From Chitinophagales bacterium (lineage in GTDB: Bacteria; Bacteroidota; Bacteroidia; Chitinophagales; LD1): DNA of 64,000 nucleotides. Under the pieces are notes generated by a model. That model was not told where the DNA came from. It searched no databases and was given only the letters and a program-made list of their open reading frames with translations. The position numbers and the translations under genes were made by a program. Shown one piece after another: positions 47,472-57,856 of the stretch. Every line of letters starts with the position of its first letter. The first letter of the stretch is position 1. The DNA lies in assembly GCA_035299425.1 (NCBI GenBank), contig DATGWP010000167.1:17155-81154 (forward strand), given 5' to 3'.

Positions 47472-49370
47472 TTAATAAGCCCTGGCTGTCTTACCTTCCA
47501 TGTAATTTATGAATGCACGGTTAGCCACCTTATTACCACCGGGAGTAGGATAGTTACCTGTAAAATACCAATCGCCAAGGTTGTGTGGACAAGCTGTATG
47601 TAAATCTTCTATGGTTTGATAGATAACCTGTACATCAGCAAATATGTGTTTAGGCCTTACTATCTCCGAAATTTTTGCAGAAATCTCGTCGGCGGTAAAC
47701 AAGCCATACAACTCCTTTACATGGTTTTTACAATCGGCTGCTGGTTTCAAATCATCGGCCTTGCACTTATCATACACTTCTGTAAGCTTATCTGACAGGT
47801 TCCTGTCTTTCAGCAAATCTATCAGTGCTCGGAAAGCGATAAAGTCATACATGCGGCTCATGTCTATACCATAGCAATCCGGGTAGCGTATTTGAGGAGC
47901 CGATGAAACAATAATTATCTTCTTCGGGTTAAGCCGGTCTAATATGGCAAGTATGCTCTTTTGTAAAGTGGTCCCCCGTACAATAGAATCATCAATAACC
48001 ACCAGTGTATCAGTATGTGCGTTTATCGAACCATACGTAATATCATACACATGGCTTACCATTTCATCGCGGCTTGTATCGTCGGTAATAAATGTGCGGG
48101 CCTTTACGTCTTTTACAGCAATCTTCTCTACCCGCGGGTGCAGGGCCAGCAACTTATCAAGTTGCTCAGGCGTCATGTTCTTTTCCTCTAAAATCCTCTT
48201 TTGCTTATGTTGTTTCAAATGCTCTTCCATACCTTCCATTAAGCCATAAAATGCTACTTCGGCCGTGTTAGGTATAAATGAGAACACGGTGTTTTCAAAA
48301 TCACCGTTAATGGTATCTAATATGGTTTTGCTTAGCTGTTCACCAAGTTTTTTACGCTCGCTGTAAATTTCCTTATCGGTACCACGGCTAAAATAAATAC
48401 GCTCAAAACTGCACGATTTTTTCTCGCCTGGGTCGCGTACCAGGTCATGCTTTACTCGGCCGTCTTTTTTAATAACCAATGCGTGGCCGGGCTGTACTTC
48501 GTGTATTTTCTCAAAAGGAACATTAAAGGTGGTTTGTATAGCCGGTCGCTCTGAAGCCACTACTACTACTTCATCGTCATAGTAATAATATGCAGGGCGT
48601 ATGCCGTTGGGGTCGCGCAGCACAAATGCATCGCCATGGCCAAACATACCCGCCATAGCATAGCCGCCATCAAAATCTTTGGCAGAGCGCGATAGTATAC
48701 GGCGCACACTCAACTCTTTTACTATAAAATCGGTAATCTGGCTATTGCCATAACCCTGATCTTTATACTTGTCAAAAATCTTCTGTACTTCATCGTCGAG
48801 AAAGTGGCCGATTTTTTCCATTACCGTAATAGTGTCGCTGCGCTCGCGCGGGTGCTGGCCCAATGTAATAAGCATATCAAACTGCTCCTGCACGTTGGTC
48901 ATATTAAAGTTGCCCGCCAACACAAGGTTACGGGTCATCCAGTTGTTTTCGCGTATAAACGGATGGCAGTAGCTATCGCTGTTGCGGCCATAGGTACCAT
49001 AGCGCAAATGCCCCAACAATAGTTCGCCTATAAAAGGGCTATTGCGCTTATACCAATCTGCTTCTGCTTCAGGATTATCCAGCGGTTTCCGGTCCTTGGG
49101 AAAGGTGTCAAAAATCTGGCTAAACACATCAACAATAGCCTGGTTGGTGGTGCTACGCACCCGGTTAATAAAATGGCTGCCTGGATGGGGGTCGAGTTTA
49201 ATTACTGCGGCACCTGCGCCATCCTGCCCTCTGTTATGTTGCTTTTCCATAAGCAGGTACAGCTTGTTAAGGCCGTACGCTACAGTTCTGTATTTTTCAA
49301 CATAGTATTCTATTGGTTTGAGCAGTCGGATGAGAGCTATGCCGCACTCGTGTTTTATTGAATCACTCAT
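47472..49370 (-). CDS. purF: Amidophosphoribosyltransferase, Bacteroidota type (ORF track start 49481)
   Basis: MSDSIKHE-CGIA propeptide/Ntn Cys, QHNRGQDGAG, GHLRYGT, VIDDSIVRGTT. Confidence 0.93.
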   Translation of the reverse strand: MSDSIKHECGIALIRLLKPIEYYVEKYRTVAYGLNKLYLLMEKQHNRGQDGAGAAVIKLDPHPGSHFINRVRSTTNQAIVDVFSQIFDTFPKDRKPLDNPEAEADWYKRNSPFIGELLLGHLRYGTYGRNSDSYCHPFIRENNWMTRNLVLAGNFNMTNVQEQFDMLITLGQHPRERSDTITVMEKIGHFLDDEVQKIFDKYKDQGYGNSQITDFIVKELSVRRILSRSAKDFDGGYAMAGMFGHGDAFVLRDPNGIRPAYYYYDDEVVVVASERPAIQTTFNVPFEKIHEVQPGHALVIKKDGRVKHDLVRDPGEKKSCSFERIYFSRGTDKEIYSERKKLGEQLSKTILDTINGDFENTVFSFIPNTAEVAFYGLMEGMEEHLKQHKQKRILEEKNMTPEQLDKLLALHPRVEKIAVKDVKARTFITDDTSRDEMVSHVYDITYGSINAHTDTLVVIDDSIVRGTTLQKSILAILDRLNPKKIIIVSSAPQIRYPDCYGIDMSRMYDFIAFRALIDLLKDRNLSDKLTEVYDKCKADDLKPAADCKNHVKELYGLFTADEISAKISEIVRPKHIFADVQVIYQTIEDLHTACPHNLGDWYFTGNYPTPGGNKVANRAFINYMEGKTARAY

Positions 49371-49470
49371 AAAGAGGATGCAAATGTAAATTTTTGAGTT
49401 ACAAAATTTTATTCGCTGGCAATAATCAGCTGTTATATTTTCAAAAGAATTTAAAGACAGCCCTTTAATC

Positions 49471-49499
49471 AAAAAAGCCACGCAATGCGTGGCTTTTTT
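49471..49499. terminator. Bidirectional intrinsic terminator downstream of porV
   Basis: AAAAAAGCCACGC-AAT-GCGTGGCTTTTTT. Confidence 0.88.
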
Positions 49500-49525
49500 G
49501 ATATATCCGATTTAAAATGCTTAAC

Positions 49526-50926
49526 CTATTTAGGTTCTGTATCAATTTTCTTTTCTACAGGTGCATTCTCTACAGGAGCATCGCCCTCTTTTACTTTCTT
49601 TTCTTTCTTCTTTTTAGGGGTATCGTCTACCAAAGAGATGCCGGTTTCGCTTGAAGAAGCTTTTCCGCCTCCCTTGGCAAAATCGAACAATAGGGTAAAG
49701 CGAAGGGTGTTATCCAACGGGTTACGTTGAATAGTGGTAGGGATAAGGTATGAGAAGTTAAGGCCCACTACGCTGTATTTCACAGTAAGACCGGCAGTTA
49801 AAAACTGGCGGTTACCCTTCTTAGGATTTTCGTAGAAATAGCCGAAGCGCACACCGAATTGCTTATTGTAAAGATACTCCGCACCAATACCCCAGGTTAC
49901 CTCAGCAAACTCTTCGGCAGAGCGACTACCCTTAACACGCTGGCCGGTAGCAGGGTCAATTACTCCCGGAGCGTCATTAAATGAAGTGAACATACCGCCG
50001 ATTGAGCTTTTCTTTCTGAAATCGTAAACACCATCACGTGGATTAGCATCAATAGTATCTGCTGTTGGCACCATTAGTTTATTTACATCCGCATATACCC
50101 CCACAGAGTGGTGCTTATCTATATTGAACGTATAACCCACCCCAAGACCCAGGTTGGTAGGTATAAAATCTTTTACTGTACTGCTGGTATAAGAAATTTT
50201 GCTGCCGATATTAGAAATATTAAGACCTACCGATAATTCGTGCTCCATTTTGTGCGCCGCATTCTCATTAAACTTCTTTCTGAAAAATGCCGAGATATCG
50301 CCTGCACCAGCTAAGCCCGGCCTTACAAGGCTACCATCTACACTGGCGCCGCCAGCCAGGTTAGAATAAATAAACCGAAGTGAGGCGGCTACTGAAAAAT
50401 AAGGACCCAAACGGCGCGCATAGTGTGCATCTATTGCAAACTCCTGCGGGCGGAAAGTTTGAAGCTCCTGGCCATTGTAATCAGTAAAGGTGATGTTACC
50501 CAACGAGAAATAACGCAGTGAAATAGCTATGGTTTGCTGTTTCTTTATTTTATAGTAACCGGCCAGGTTAGCCAGGTAAATATCATTTACAAGTGCTTTT
50601 AGCCATGGGCTAAAGCCAACTGAAAAACCAAAATCTTTATCGATAAAAGCCAGCTTAGCGGGGTTTACATATATAGCATTTACATCCGGGCTCTGGTAAT
50701 CATCCTTGGTATCGCCATTGCCATATACCGGCGTAGCCAAACCTACATCGCCCATACCTCCGGCACGTGCATCGGGATTAATACGCAAAAACGGAACAGC
50801 AGTAGTTACCGTGTTTATTCTGGCGTTATCTTTATAGTTTACTGATTGCCCGTTGGCAAACTGTGCCGAAAGGATAATAGCCCCCAAAAAAGCAAAAACA
50901 CTTTTAGTACGCAACAAATAATTCAT
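49526..50926 (-). CDS. porV: T9SS outer-membrane shuttle PorV
   Basis: INTVTTAVPFLRINPDARAGGMGD, WLKALVNDIYL, GYFYENPKKGNRQF, NPLDNTLRFTL; lies directly downstream of porU. Confidence 0.93.
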   Translation of the reverse strand: MNYLLRTKSVFAFLGAIILSAQFANGQSVNYKDNARINTVTTAVPFLRINPDARAGGMGDVGLATPVYGNGDTKDDYQSPDVNAIYVNPAKLAFIDKDFGFSVGFSPWLKALVNDIYLANLAGYYKIKKQQTIAISLRYFSLGNITFTDYNGQELQTFRPQEFAIDAHYARRLGPYFSVAASLRFIYSNLAGGASVDGSLVRPGLAGAGDISAFFRKKFNENAAHKMEHELSVGLNISNIGSKISYTSSTVKDFIPTNLGLGVGYTFNIDKHHSVGVYADVNKLMVPTADTIDANPRDGVYDFRKKSSIGGMFTSFNDAPGVIDPATGQRVKGSRSAEEFAEVTWGIGAEYLYNKQFGVRFGYFYENPKKGNRQFLTAGLTVKYSVVGLNFSYLIPTTIQRNPLDNTLRFTLLFDFAKGGGKASSSETGISLVDDTPKKKKEKKVKEGDAPVENAPVEKKIDTEPK

Positions 50927-51138
50927 GCCGGAAAATTATTGAAATTAAATTAAAGGTAAAAGTGTTGCTATAGTTTTGTTTGCTTGTATTTTACAAATGG
51001 GTGCCAAACCTACATAATTTTTTGATATACAGAAGGCTGGCGTTTGTTTTACGGGATTCTGCCCAAAGGGTTACAAGCTACAGTCTTACATTTACCCACT
51101 TGCCTGTTATATTAGGATATGTGCAATTAACGGCGGAT

Positions 51139-54100
51139 TTAGCGCAAAACAACCAGTTTTTCGTATTTATGGGCGGTATTGCCCTCGCCATCGCGTACAG
51201 CCAGTTTGTATACATATACCCCCTTACCAATGGCATCGCCATAATCATCAAGCCCATCCCATTCAATATTATCTACCCTGTAGCCCTGGCTTTGCACCTG
51301 CTGCACTATACTTTTTACCAGTTTACCGCTTACCGAGAATATCTGCACGCTGATACTTAAATCATCGCAGCAACGGTTATGCTCAAACATAAACTGGGTA
51401 TGAGTAGTAAACGGATTGGGGTAATTGTATACGTGCGACAACGCCAGTTTGGCATTGTTAGCCACTATAAACTCAGTAAATTCCTCGGATGAGTTATTAT
51501 GAATATCCCAGGCTTTTACCTTTAACGTATGGCGGCCCTCTTTCAGTTTGCTATAAGGATATTTTACCTCGCCTTGCTTATAATTATCAAGGGCACTTTC
51601 GTAGTAATCGTTCAGTACAACCCGGTTTTGCGTATTATCATCCAATATAGCCGTAAGGTCGTGGCCTATGCCATTACCTACCGTATTTATACCGCTTTGG
51701 TCCATTAGCTTAACCAGTAGCATAGGGTCGGTATTGGTAGTGCCGCCATACACAAACTTCTCATCGTTCATGTAAATACTCATCTCGGGGCCGGCATTAT
51801 CTACCCGGAAAGAGTCGGCCGAGCCGCCTATAATAATTTCATTGGTGTAGCCGTGCGCATCTACATAGCTGCTGTTATCGGCATAGTAGCTGATGCGGCC
51901 TTTGCCGTATTGGTAGTCTATATCTTTAGGCACTAAAAAGGTGAAACTAAAATCGCCATTGGTAACACTGGCCTTGCCTTTAAACAATACATTTTTGTAT
52001 TGCAGGAAGTTTACAATATTGCTTCCGGGGTCATTTTTAAGCGTGGTAACGGTTGATATTTTATCGTATACCATAGGATAAACCGTACCGGTAAATGAAG
52101 TCATTTTGTTTCCGTTATCATCGCGCACTTCGCCGCGTATTGTAACTTCTTCCAGCGCTTTTATGGTATCGGCGCTTATTACAGGGTTGTTGTTTACAGC
52201 TGTGGTTACCACATCGTAGCGCGGGTAGTTAAGCGTAAGGGCCGGGTCGCCAAGCAGGGTAAATTTACGGGTATTAGAACCCTGATTTACAGTGGCGTTT
52301 TTGGTCAGCATTATTATTTCGCCCAGGCGCGGGTAGCGGCCTTCGTAATCATCAAACATGTAATCGAAGGCGGCATCGTTAAGCGCTGCATTGCCCGATG
52401 AATAAACCAAACGCACGGTGGTGAGCGAGGCTATAGCGCCGCCTTTACCATTAACCACCAGCCACTCTCCGGCTGTGCGGATAGGTAAATCGAACCGGCT
52501 AAAATCGCAGGTGGCGGTAATAAACATAGGCAGCTTCTCTTTATTCTCCAGCGGCACTATATCGGCCATATTAAAAATACGCTCGTGCGCCCAGTTGGTT
52601 TCGCCGCCGTGGCCCACCCAGTTCATAATAAGGCAACCGGCGTTTAAGCGGTTAAGTATGGCTGTATTTACATCAGGGTACCTGTCGCCTGCCGGTGTAG
52701 GCGTTTGCTTGTAGGCATCCAGGTATATTTTTTCGTAGTTGTAAGCAGGTTGGCGCAAGCGGGTTTGCTCTGCCAATATATCGCTGCTGCCCAGGTGCAC
52801 GTTGTAATCTTCATCATCGCCAATAAACGAGATGATATTGCGCCAGCTGGCGTTATTATTTATCTGCACACAAGTGGCATCCTGTACCGGCCTTTTGTAG
52901 TTTTTTATCTTGTTTACCATATCCCAGGCATCGGTTTCGCTGCCGGCGGTAAGGCGGCCTATGCCAATATCCAGCAATTGCCCGCCACCGGTTATGTCGC
53001 CACCTTCGTTACTATCCAGCAAGCCAAAAAAATCATCAGATGTATAGCTTTCGGTAGGGCTGTCCGATTCAATACTCTGGTATGTAGAAACATAATTGTT
53101 ATTATTAGGCACACGGTTCTTAGGGTCGTAAGTACCATCGCCCATTAGCAAAAGGTAACGTGGCATTAATGCCGTATCGCCATTAGCGCGGTCGTAAAAC
53201 ATTTTTACAAAATCGCGCATGGCCGATATATCGGGTTTGCCGCTGCCAAACTCGTTGAATATCTGGCTTATTTTAACCACATCTACCGACAGATTGTCCA
53301 TGGTGCGGTGAAACTGCGCCAGCTCGTTGCTCGGATTAACAAACTCATCGGCTGTTATTATCAGCATGTCTGCCTGGCCCAGGGCGTGTAGGTTCTGATT
53401 CTCTATTTTGCCTACAAGAGTTGGGTTGGCAAACGAAGCCCCCATATTAAAGGCTATAAACTCTTTAAGCTCGCTGGTGGTGGTGGTGAAAGAAAACTGA
53501 GAGCCATTAAGCGTACCCTGCATCTCCTGTATATTGTCCAGGCTGGTAATGTTCCACACTTTAGTGTTTCCGCCGGCGTTGTTCAACTGAAAAGTAGAAA
53601 CGCTGCCTGCGCCAATAGATGCCACACTACGAAATGGCATGGCATCGCCGGCCATGGTTAGGCTGCGCTTAAGGAAAAGCTCAAACCAATCTACATAACA
53701 CGCTGCTGTTCCGGCGGGGTCTGCATTTGGGTTAAAGGTATAATTGATATTTAGCTGGCTGGAGTTGGCATTGTAGTTGGCAGTAAGCTGACCGGGTATA
53801 GATGCCTGCGGGTAGCTGCTGCTGGGTATGCCCCCTACCGAATGGGTAAACACAGTTTGGCCATTTATGCGCACAGCAGTGTTAGAGCCATACGTGGTAG
53901 CTGCGGCCACGCGTGAAGTAAATTTTACCGGTACCGATGTAATAAGGTTAGGAAAGTTAAGCGAAAAATCTTTGCTGTTATCAAAGCTGCTCATTTTGTT
54001 GCCCAGCCAACGCTTGCCCGTAGCTATCAGGTTCACTTCATCGCTTTCGTGGTAGGCATGCTCATCAAAATCCGTTATTGTTTTATTAGGGCTGGCATCA

Positions 54101-55002
54101 GAATATGCCGGTGTAACTCTTTTACCGGTTCCGGCATCGGTGGTTAAAAAATAATAGGTCTGGTCGGTGTATAGGTTCTTTTCGTGGGTAAACACCTGCG
54201 TGGTAGCATTAAATTTCCAGGCATCGGGCATTTGTCCGTAAAACAACAGATAGTCGCCATCGTCCATTTTATTGTTGCCGTTGTTATCTACCACCATAGT
54301 GGGGTTCTCTATCAGGTCATCGGGGCGGGCTACTGAGTTTAACTCAGGTACCATGCCGCCACCATTGCCATATATAGCCAGGGTGTTCAGGTTAAAGCTG
54401 GTGGGCTCTACTTTCAATATGTTCTTTACAAAATTGTAATCAACCTTATACATACCCTCTGCAGTTACGGCTATTTTATAGAAATTGCCACTGGCGAGTC
54501 GCGATGTGGTAGCATAAGCATTTAGCCCGCGATGCTGGGGTTTGGCGGTAACGGTTAAGCGCAGTGTAAACGATTCTAATCTCTCTACCACACCTGTCGA
54601 GGTGTTTTTTCTAAATGGCAAAAAAGAAACACTGGCATAAGGCTGTTTGCGCAATAGGCTCAAATCTGCTTTAGGTTCTATAGCATCTTTAATAAAGGCA
54701 AGGCTCGCATTATCTAACTGGCCCGATACAGCGTATACCGGGTTTACTAACTGAACACTAACATCGCCACTAACCGATAAGGGGATTAGCTCGCTATATA
54801 CAGGCAGCAATCCCAGTTGGTCGCTATGGGCAGCCTTAGTGAAAGTAGGCTGTATTATAGTTTTACCATCTATAGTTGAAAAGGTCTTTGTTTTGGGCAA
54901 CCACTCCAGTGTGCGATCGTAGCTTTGGGCATTAACATTTGCTACCCACAATAGCACCATTGCCAGTGCTGAGAATTTACAATTACCTGAAATTTTATTC
55001 AT
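51139..55002 (-). CDS. porU: T9SS sortase PorU (gingipain-like C25 peptidase); ORF track start 55029
   Basis: YKIAVTAEGMYKV, GNGGGMVPE, C25 dyad NWVGHGG / ITATCDF, GDPAL, own CTD (YPNPF...KLVVLR). Confidence 0.95.
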   Translation of the reverse strand: MNKISGNCKFSALAMVLLWVANVNAQSYDRTLEWLPKTKTFSTIDGKTIIQPTFTKAAHSDQLGLLPVYSELIPLSVSGDVSVQLVNPVYAVSGQLDNASLAFIKDAIEPKADLSLLRKQPYASVSFLPFRKNTSTGVVERLESFTLRLTVTAKPQHRGLNAYATTSRLASGNFYKIAVTAEGMYKVDYNFVKNILKVEPTSFNLNTLAIYGNGGGMVPELNSVARPDDLIENPTMVVDNNGNNKMDDGDYLLFYGQMPDAWKFNATTQVFTHEKNLYTDQTYYFLTTDAGTGKRVTPAYSDASPNKTITDFDEHAYHESDEVNLIATGKRWLGNKMSSFDNSKDFSLNFPNLITSVPVKFTSRVAAATTYGSNTAVRINGQTVFTHSVGGIPSSSYPQASIPGQLTANYNANSSQLNINYTFNPNADPAGTAACYVDWFELFLKRSLTMAGDAMPFRSVASIGAGSVSTFQLNNAGGNTKVWNITSLDNIQEMQGTLNGSQFSFTTTTSELKEFIAFNMGASFANPTLVGKIENQNLHALGQADMLIITADEFVNPSNELAQFHRTMDNLSVDVVKISQIFNEFGSGKPDISAMRDFVKMFYDRANGDTALMPRYLLLMGDGTYDPKNRVPNNNNYVSTYQSIESDSPTESYTSDDFFGLLDSNEGGDITGGGQLLDIGIGRLTAGSETDAWDMVNKIKNYKRPVQDATCVQINNNASWRNIISFIGDDEDYNVHLGSSDILAEQTRLRQPAYNYEKIYLDAYKQTPTPAGDRYPDVNTAILNRLNAGCLIMNWVGHGGETNWAHERIFNMADIVPLENKEKLPMFITATCDFSRFDLPIRTAGEWLVVNGKGGAIASLTTVRLVYSSGNAALNDAAFDYMFDDYEGRYPRLGEIIMLTKNATVNQGSNTRKFTLLGDPALTLNYPRYDVVTTAVNNNPVISADTIKALEEVTIRGEVRDDNGNKMTSFTGTVYPMVYDKISTVTTLKNDPGSNIVNFLQYKNVLFKGKASVTNGDFSFTFLVPKDIDYQYGKGRISYYADNSSYVDAHGYTNEIIIGGSADSFRVDNAGPEMSIYMNDEKFVYGGTTNTDPMLLVKLMDQSGINTVGNGIGHDLTAILDDNTQNRVVLNDYYESALDNYKQGEVKYPYSKLKEGRHTLKVKAWDIHNNSSEEFTEFIVANNAKLALSHVYNYPNPFTTHTQFMFEHNRCCDDLSISVQIFSVSGKLVKSIVQQVQSQGYRVDNIEWDGLDDYGDAIGKGVYVYKLAVRDGEGNTAHKYEKLVVLR

Positions 55003-55081
55003 AAAAAAGGGATAAGCCGATTCAATCATTATTTTTGACGCTCTTAAAAACTATAAATAGCGCAATAAAACGCAGCCATTT

Positions 55082-56143
55082 GTGTTTTATTTTGCAAAGA
55101 TTCGAATTTTGAACGCCAAACATAAATATACAGCCTTTATATTACTTGCGCTGCTTCCTTTTTGTGAACTTTTTTCGCAAGATGTAGAAATGAGCCAGTA
55201 TTTCACCGCCCCGCTGCACCTAAACCCGGCCATGGCGGGGGTATCTTACGGCCCGCGGGCTATGATAAACTACCGTAACCAATGGAGTGGCCTGGGCGAT
55301 GGGTTCAACGGCGGTTACACTACCTACATGGCGGGCGCCGATATGTTTATTGATAAAATACGCGGTGGCATAGGCCTGCACTTTGTGGGCGACCAGGTGA
55401 TGAATAACCTGTACGGTACCTATAAAGTGAGCCTTACCTACGCCCAGCAAATAAAATTTAACCGCAAAATGGCCTTGCGCATTGGCGTTCAGGGCACTTA
55501 TATACATAGCCGCATTAAGTGGAACGAACTGCTGTGGACAGACATGATAAACCCCTACACGGGTTTTTATAACAACATAAGCGTTCGCAATCCTACCAGC
55601 GAGCCTGCGCCGGGCGTAACTTCGCTGAATACGGGGGAATTTGGGGCCGGCCTGTTGTTTTTTATGGAGAAGTTTTACATAGGGTTTGCGGCCAATAACC
55701 TGCTGATGCACAAAGAGTCGTTTGCCCAGGGGGTAGACGCCCGCGTGCCTATGCGCTTTGCGGTACATCTGGGCAGCAACCTCAATGTAAAGCACCGCGC
55801 CTCCGCGCGATACAATATCTGGGTATCGCCTAACGTTTTATTTGTGAACCAGGGCATGGCTTTTCAGACCCAGGCAACGTTCCTTGCAGGAGTTAGTTTT
55901 ATGTATTTTGGGCTGGCCTATCGCAACGTGGTGTATAATTCAGATGCCGTAATTGGCCATTTGGGCTTTCGTAAAGGGAAATTCAGGGTGGGATACAGCT
56001 ACGATTACACTATTTCGAAGCTGATGAACAAAACAGGCGGAACACATGAGCTCTCCTTTACGTTTAACTGGACGGGCGAAGACAACTCTCTTAATTCACG
56101 TAAGAATTCAGGGTACATTGACTGCCCGGATATTCTGAAATAA
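55082..56143 (+). CDS. PorP/SprF-family T9SS membrane protein
   Basis: QDVEMSQYFTAPLHLNPAMAG, NYRNQWSG, GYSYDYTISKL, GGTHELSF. Confidence 0.9.
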   Translation: MFYFAKIRILNAKHKYTAFILLALLPFCELFSQDVEMSQYFTAPLHLNPAMAGVSYGPRAMINYRNQWSGLGDGFNGGYTTYMAGADMFIDKIRGGIGLHFVGDQVMNNLYGTYKVSLTYAQQIKFNRKMALRIGVQGTYIHSRIKWNELLWTDMINPYTGFYNNISVRNPTSEPAPGVTSLNTGEFGAGLLFFMEKFYIGFAANNLLMHKESFAQGVDARVPMRFAVHLGSNLNVKHRASARYNIWVSPNVLFVNQGMAFQTQATFLAGVSFMYFGLAYRNVVYNSDAVIGHLGFRKGKFRVGYSYDYTISKLMNKTGGTHELSFTFNWTGEDNSLNSRKNSGYIDCPDILK

Positions 56144-56285
56144 GCGGCCAACCGGTAAATTTAAACAGGTATGAACTTGTTAAATACCGATTGAAAATTT
56201 ATTACTGCTTTTTTTTGGGCTTTGATTGAAAATTATAATTTAGCAACCTTTAAATTTGAAACCCTTTTAAAATTAAATAAACAAC

Positions 56286-57779
56286 ATGAAGCTAAGTAAA
56301 TTGTATCCGCTTCTCGCTTTGCCGCTGTTGATAGCATCTTGCGGTAAAGAAAAGTCGTCGGTAACCGGATGGAACTACAACGACTCCAAGAACGGAGGTT
56401 TCGAAGTAGTAAAAAACAGAGAGCAGGAAACAGGCCCTGGTCTGGTTTACGTTCAGGGTGGTACTTTTGTAATGGGTAATACCGAACAGGATGTAATGTT
56501 CGAATATCACAACATTGCACGCCGCGCTACTGTATCATCGTACTACATGGACGAAACAGAGGTTGCCAACGTACACTACCGCGAATACCTTTACTGGATG
56601 AACCGCGTTTTCGGAACAGATTTTCCGGATGTGGTTAAGAAAGCTTTGCCAGATACTTTGGTATGGAGAGATGAATTAGCTTACAACGAGCCTTACGTAG
56701 AGTACTACTTCCGTCACCCGGCTTACGATTTCTACCCGGTGGTAGGTGTTAACTGGTTACAGGCTAACGACTTTGCTTCATGGCGTTCTGATCGTGTAAA
56801 CGAAAGAATACTTATTGAAAAAGGTGTATTAGCTGAAAACCCATCGCAAGTGGGTAGCGATAACTTCAATACAGAAGCTTACCTGGTAGGCCAGTATGAA
56901 GGTGCTGCCGGTAAACGCCCTATGAAAGATTTGAACCCGCAAGGAACAGGTACTCGCCATGTGCGCTTAGAAGATGGTATCATGTTGCCTAAATACCGCT
57001 TACCAACAGAAGCTGAATGGGAATATGCAGCCCTGGGCCTTATTGGTAACCAACCAGCCGGTAGCGAAGAGCGTATTACAGACCGTCGTATCTATCCATG
57101 GAATGGTACTTCTACCCGTTATCCTAAATCAGGACAATGGCAAGGTGAGTTCCTGGCTAACTTTAAGAGAGGACGTGGTGATAACATGGGTATCTCTGGC
57201 CGCCTGAACGATAACGCAGATATTACTGCACCGGTTAAGTCTTTCTGGCCAAACGATTTCGGCTTGTATAACATGAGCGGTAACGTAAACGAGTGGGTAT
57301 TGGATGTTTACCGTCCTATGACTTCGCAGGATGCTAACGACTTCCGTACCTTCCGTGGTAACCAGTTTAAGACCAAGGTACTTGATGCCGATGGCAAACC
57401 GGTTGAAAAAGACTCTTTGGGTAAAGTTCAATACCGCGATGTTACACAGGAAGAAAGCGCTAACCGCCGTAACTATCGCCGTGGCGATGTTAGAAATAAC
57501 ATAGACGGTGATGAGGTTTCTAACGTAGATTACAAATTCGGCCAATCTTCACTGATTAACGAAGATTCTCGTGTATACAAAGGTGGTAGCTGGAAAGACC
57601 GTGCATACTTCCTTTCACCAGGAACCCGCCGTTACTTAGACCAGGCTTTGGCTACCGATGATTTAGGTTTCCGTTGCGCTATGGACCGCGTAGGTTCTCC
57701 ATCGGGTAAAACCATGAAGGGCGGTAAGGGAGGAAACAACTTCCCTAAAGAAAAAGGTAAACGTAAAATGAAAGGATAA
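56286..57779 (+). CDS. gldJ: Gliding motility lipoprotein GldJ (FGE-sulfatase domain)
   Basis: Lipobox IASC; SSVTGWNYND, EQETGPGLVYVQGGTF, YMDETEV, RLPTEAEWEYAA; porU-gldJ-murF synteny typical of gliding Bacteroidota. Confidence 0.88.
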   Translation: MKLSKLYPLLALPLLIASCGKEKSSVTGWNYNDSKNGGFEVVKNREQETGPGLVYVQGGTFVMGNTEQDVMFEYHNIARRATVSSYYMDETEVANVHYREYLYWMNRVFGTDFPDVVKKALPDTLVWRDELAYNEPYVEYYFRHPAYDFYPVVGVNWLQANDFASWRSDRVNERILIEKGVLAENPSQVGSDNFNTEAYLVGQYEGAAGKRPMKDLNPQGTGTRHVRLEDGIMLPKYRLPTEAEWEYAALGLIGNQPAGSEERITDRRIYPWNGTSTRYPKSGQWQGEFLANFKRGRGDNMGISGRLNDNADITAPVKSFWPNDFGLYNMSGNVNEWVLDVYRPMTSQDANDFRTFRGNQFKTKVLDADGKPVEKDSLGKVQYRDVTQEESANRRNYRRGDVRNNIDGDEVSNVDYKFGQSSLINEDSRVYKGGSWKDRAYFLSPGTRRYLDQALATDDLGFRCAMDRVGSPSGKTMKGGKGGNNFPKEKGKRKMKG

Positions 57780-57810
57780 TTCAGTTGACAGTTCGCTGTT
57801 AGCAGTAAAT

Positions 57811-57848
57811 AATAAAAAGTCCTCCGCCAACGCGGGGGACTTTTTATT
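57811..57848 (+). terminator. Intrinsic terminator after gldJ
   Basis: AATAAAAAGTCCTCCGC-CAAC-GCGGGGGACTTTTTATT. Confidence 0.8.
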
Positions 57849-57856
57849 TTCAGCCC

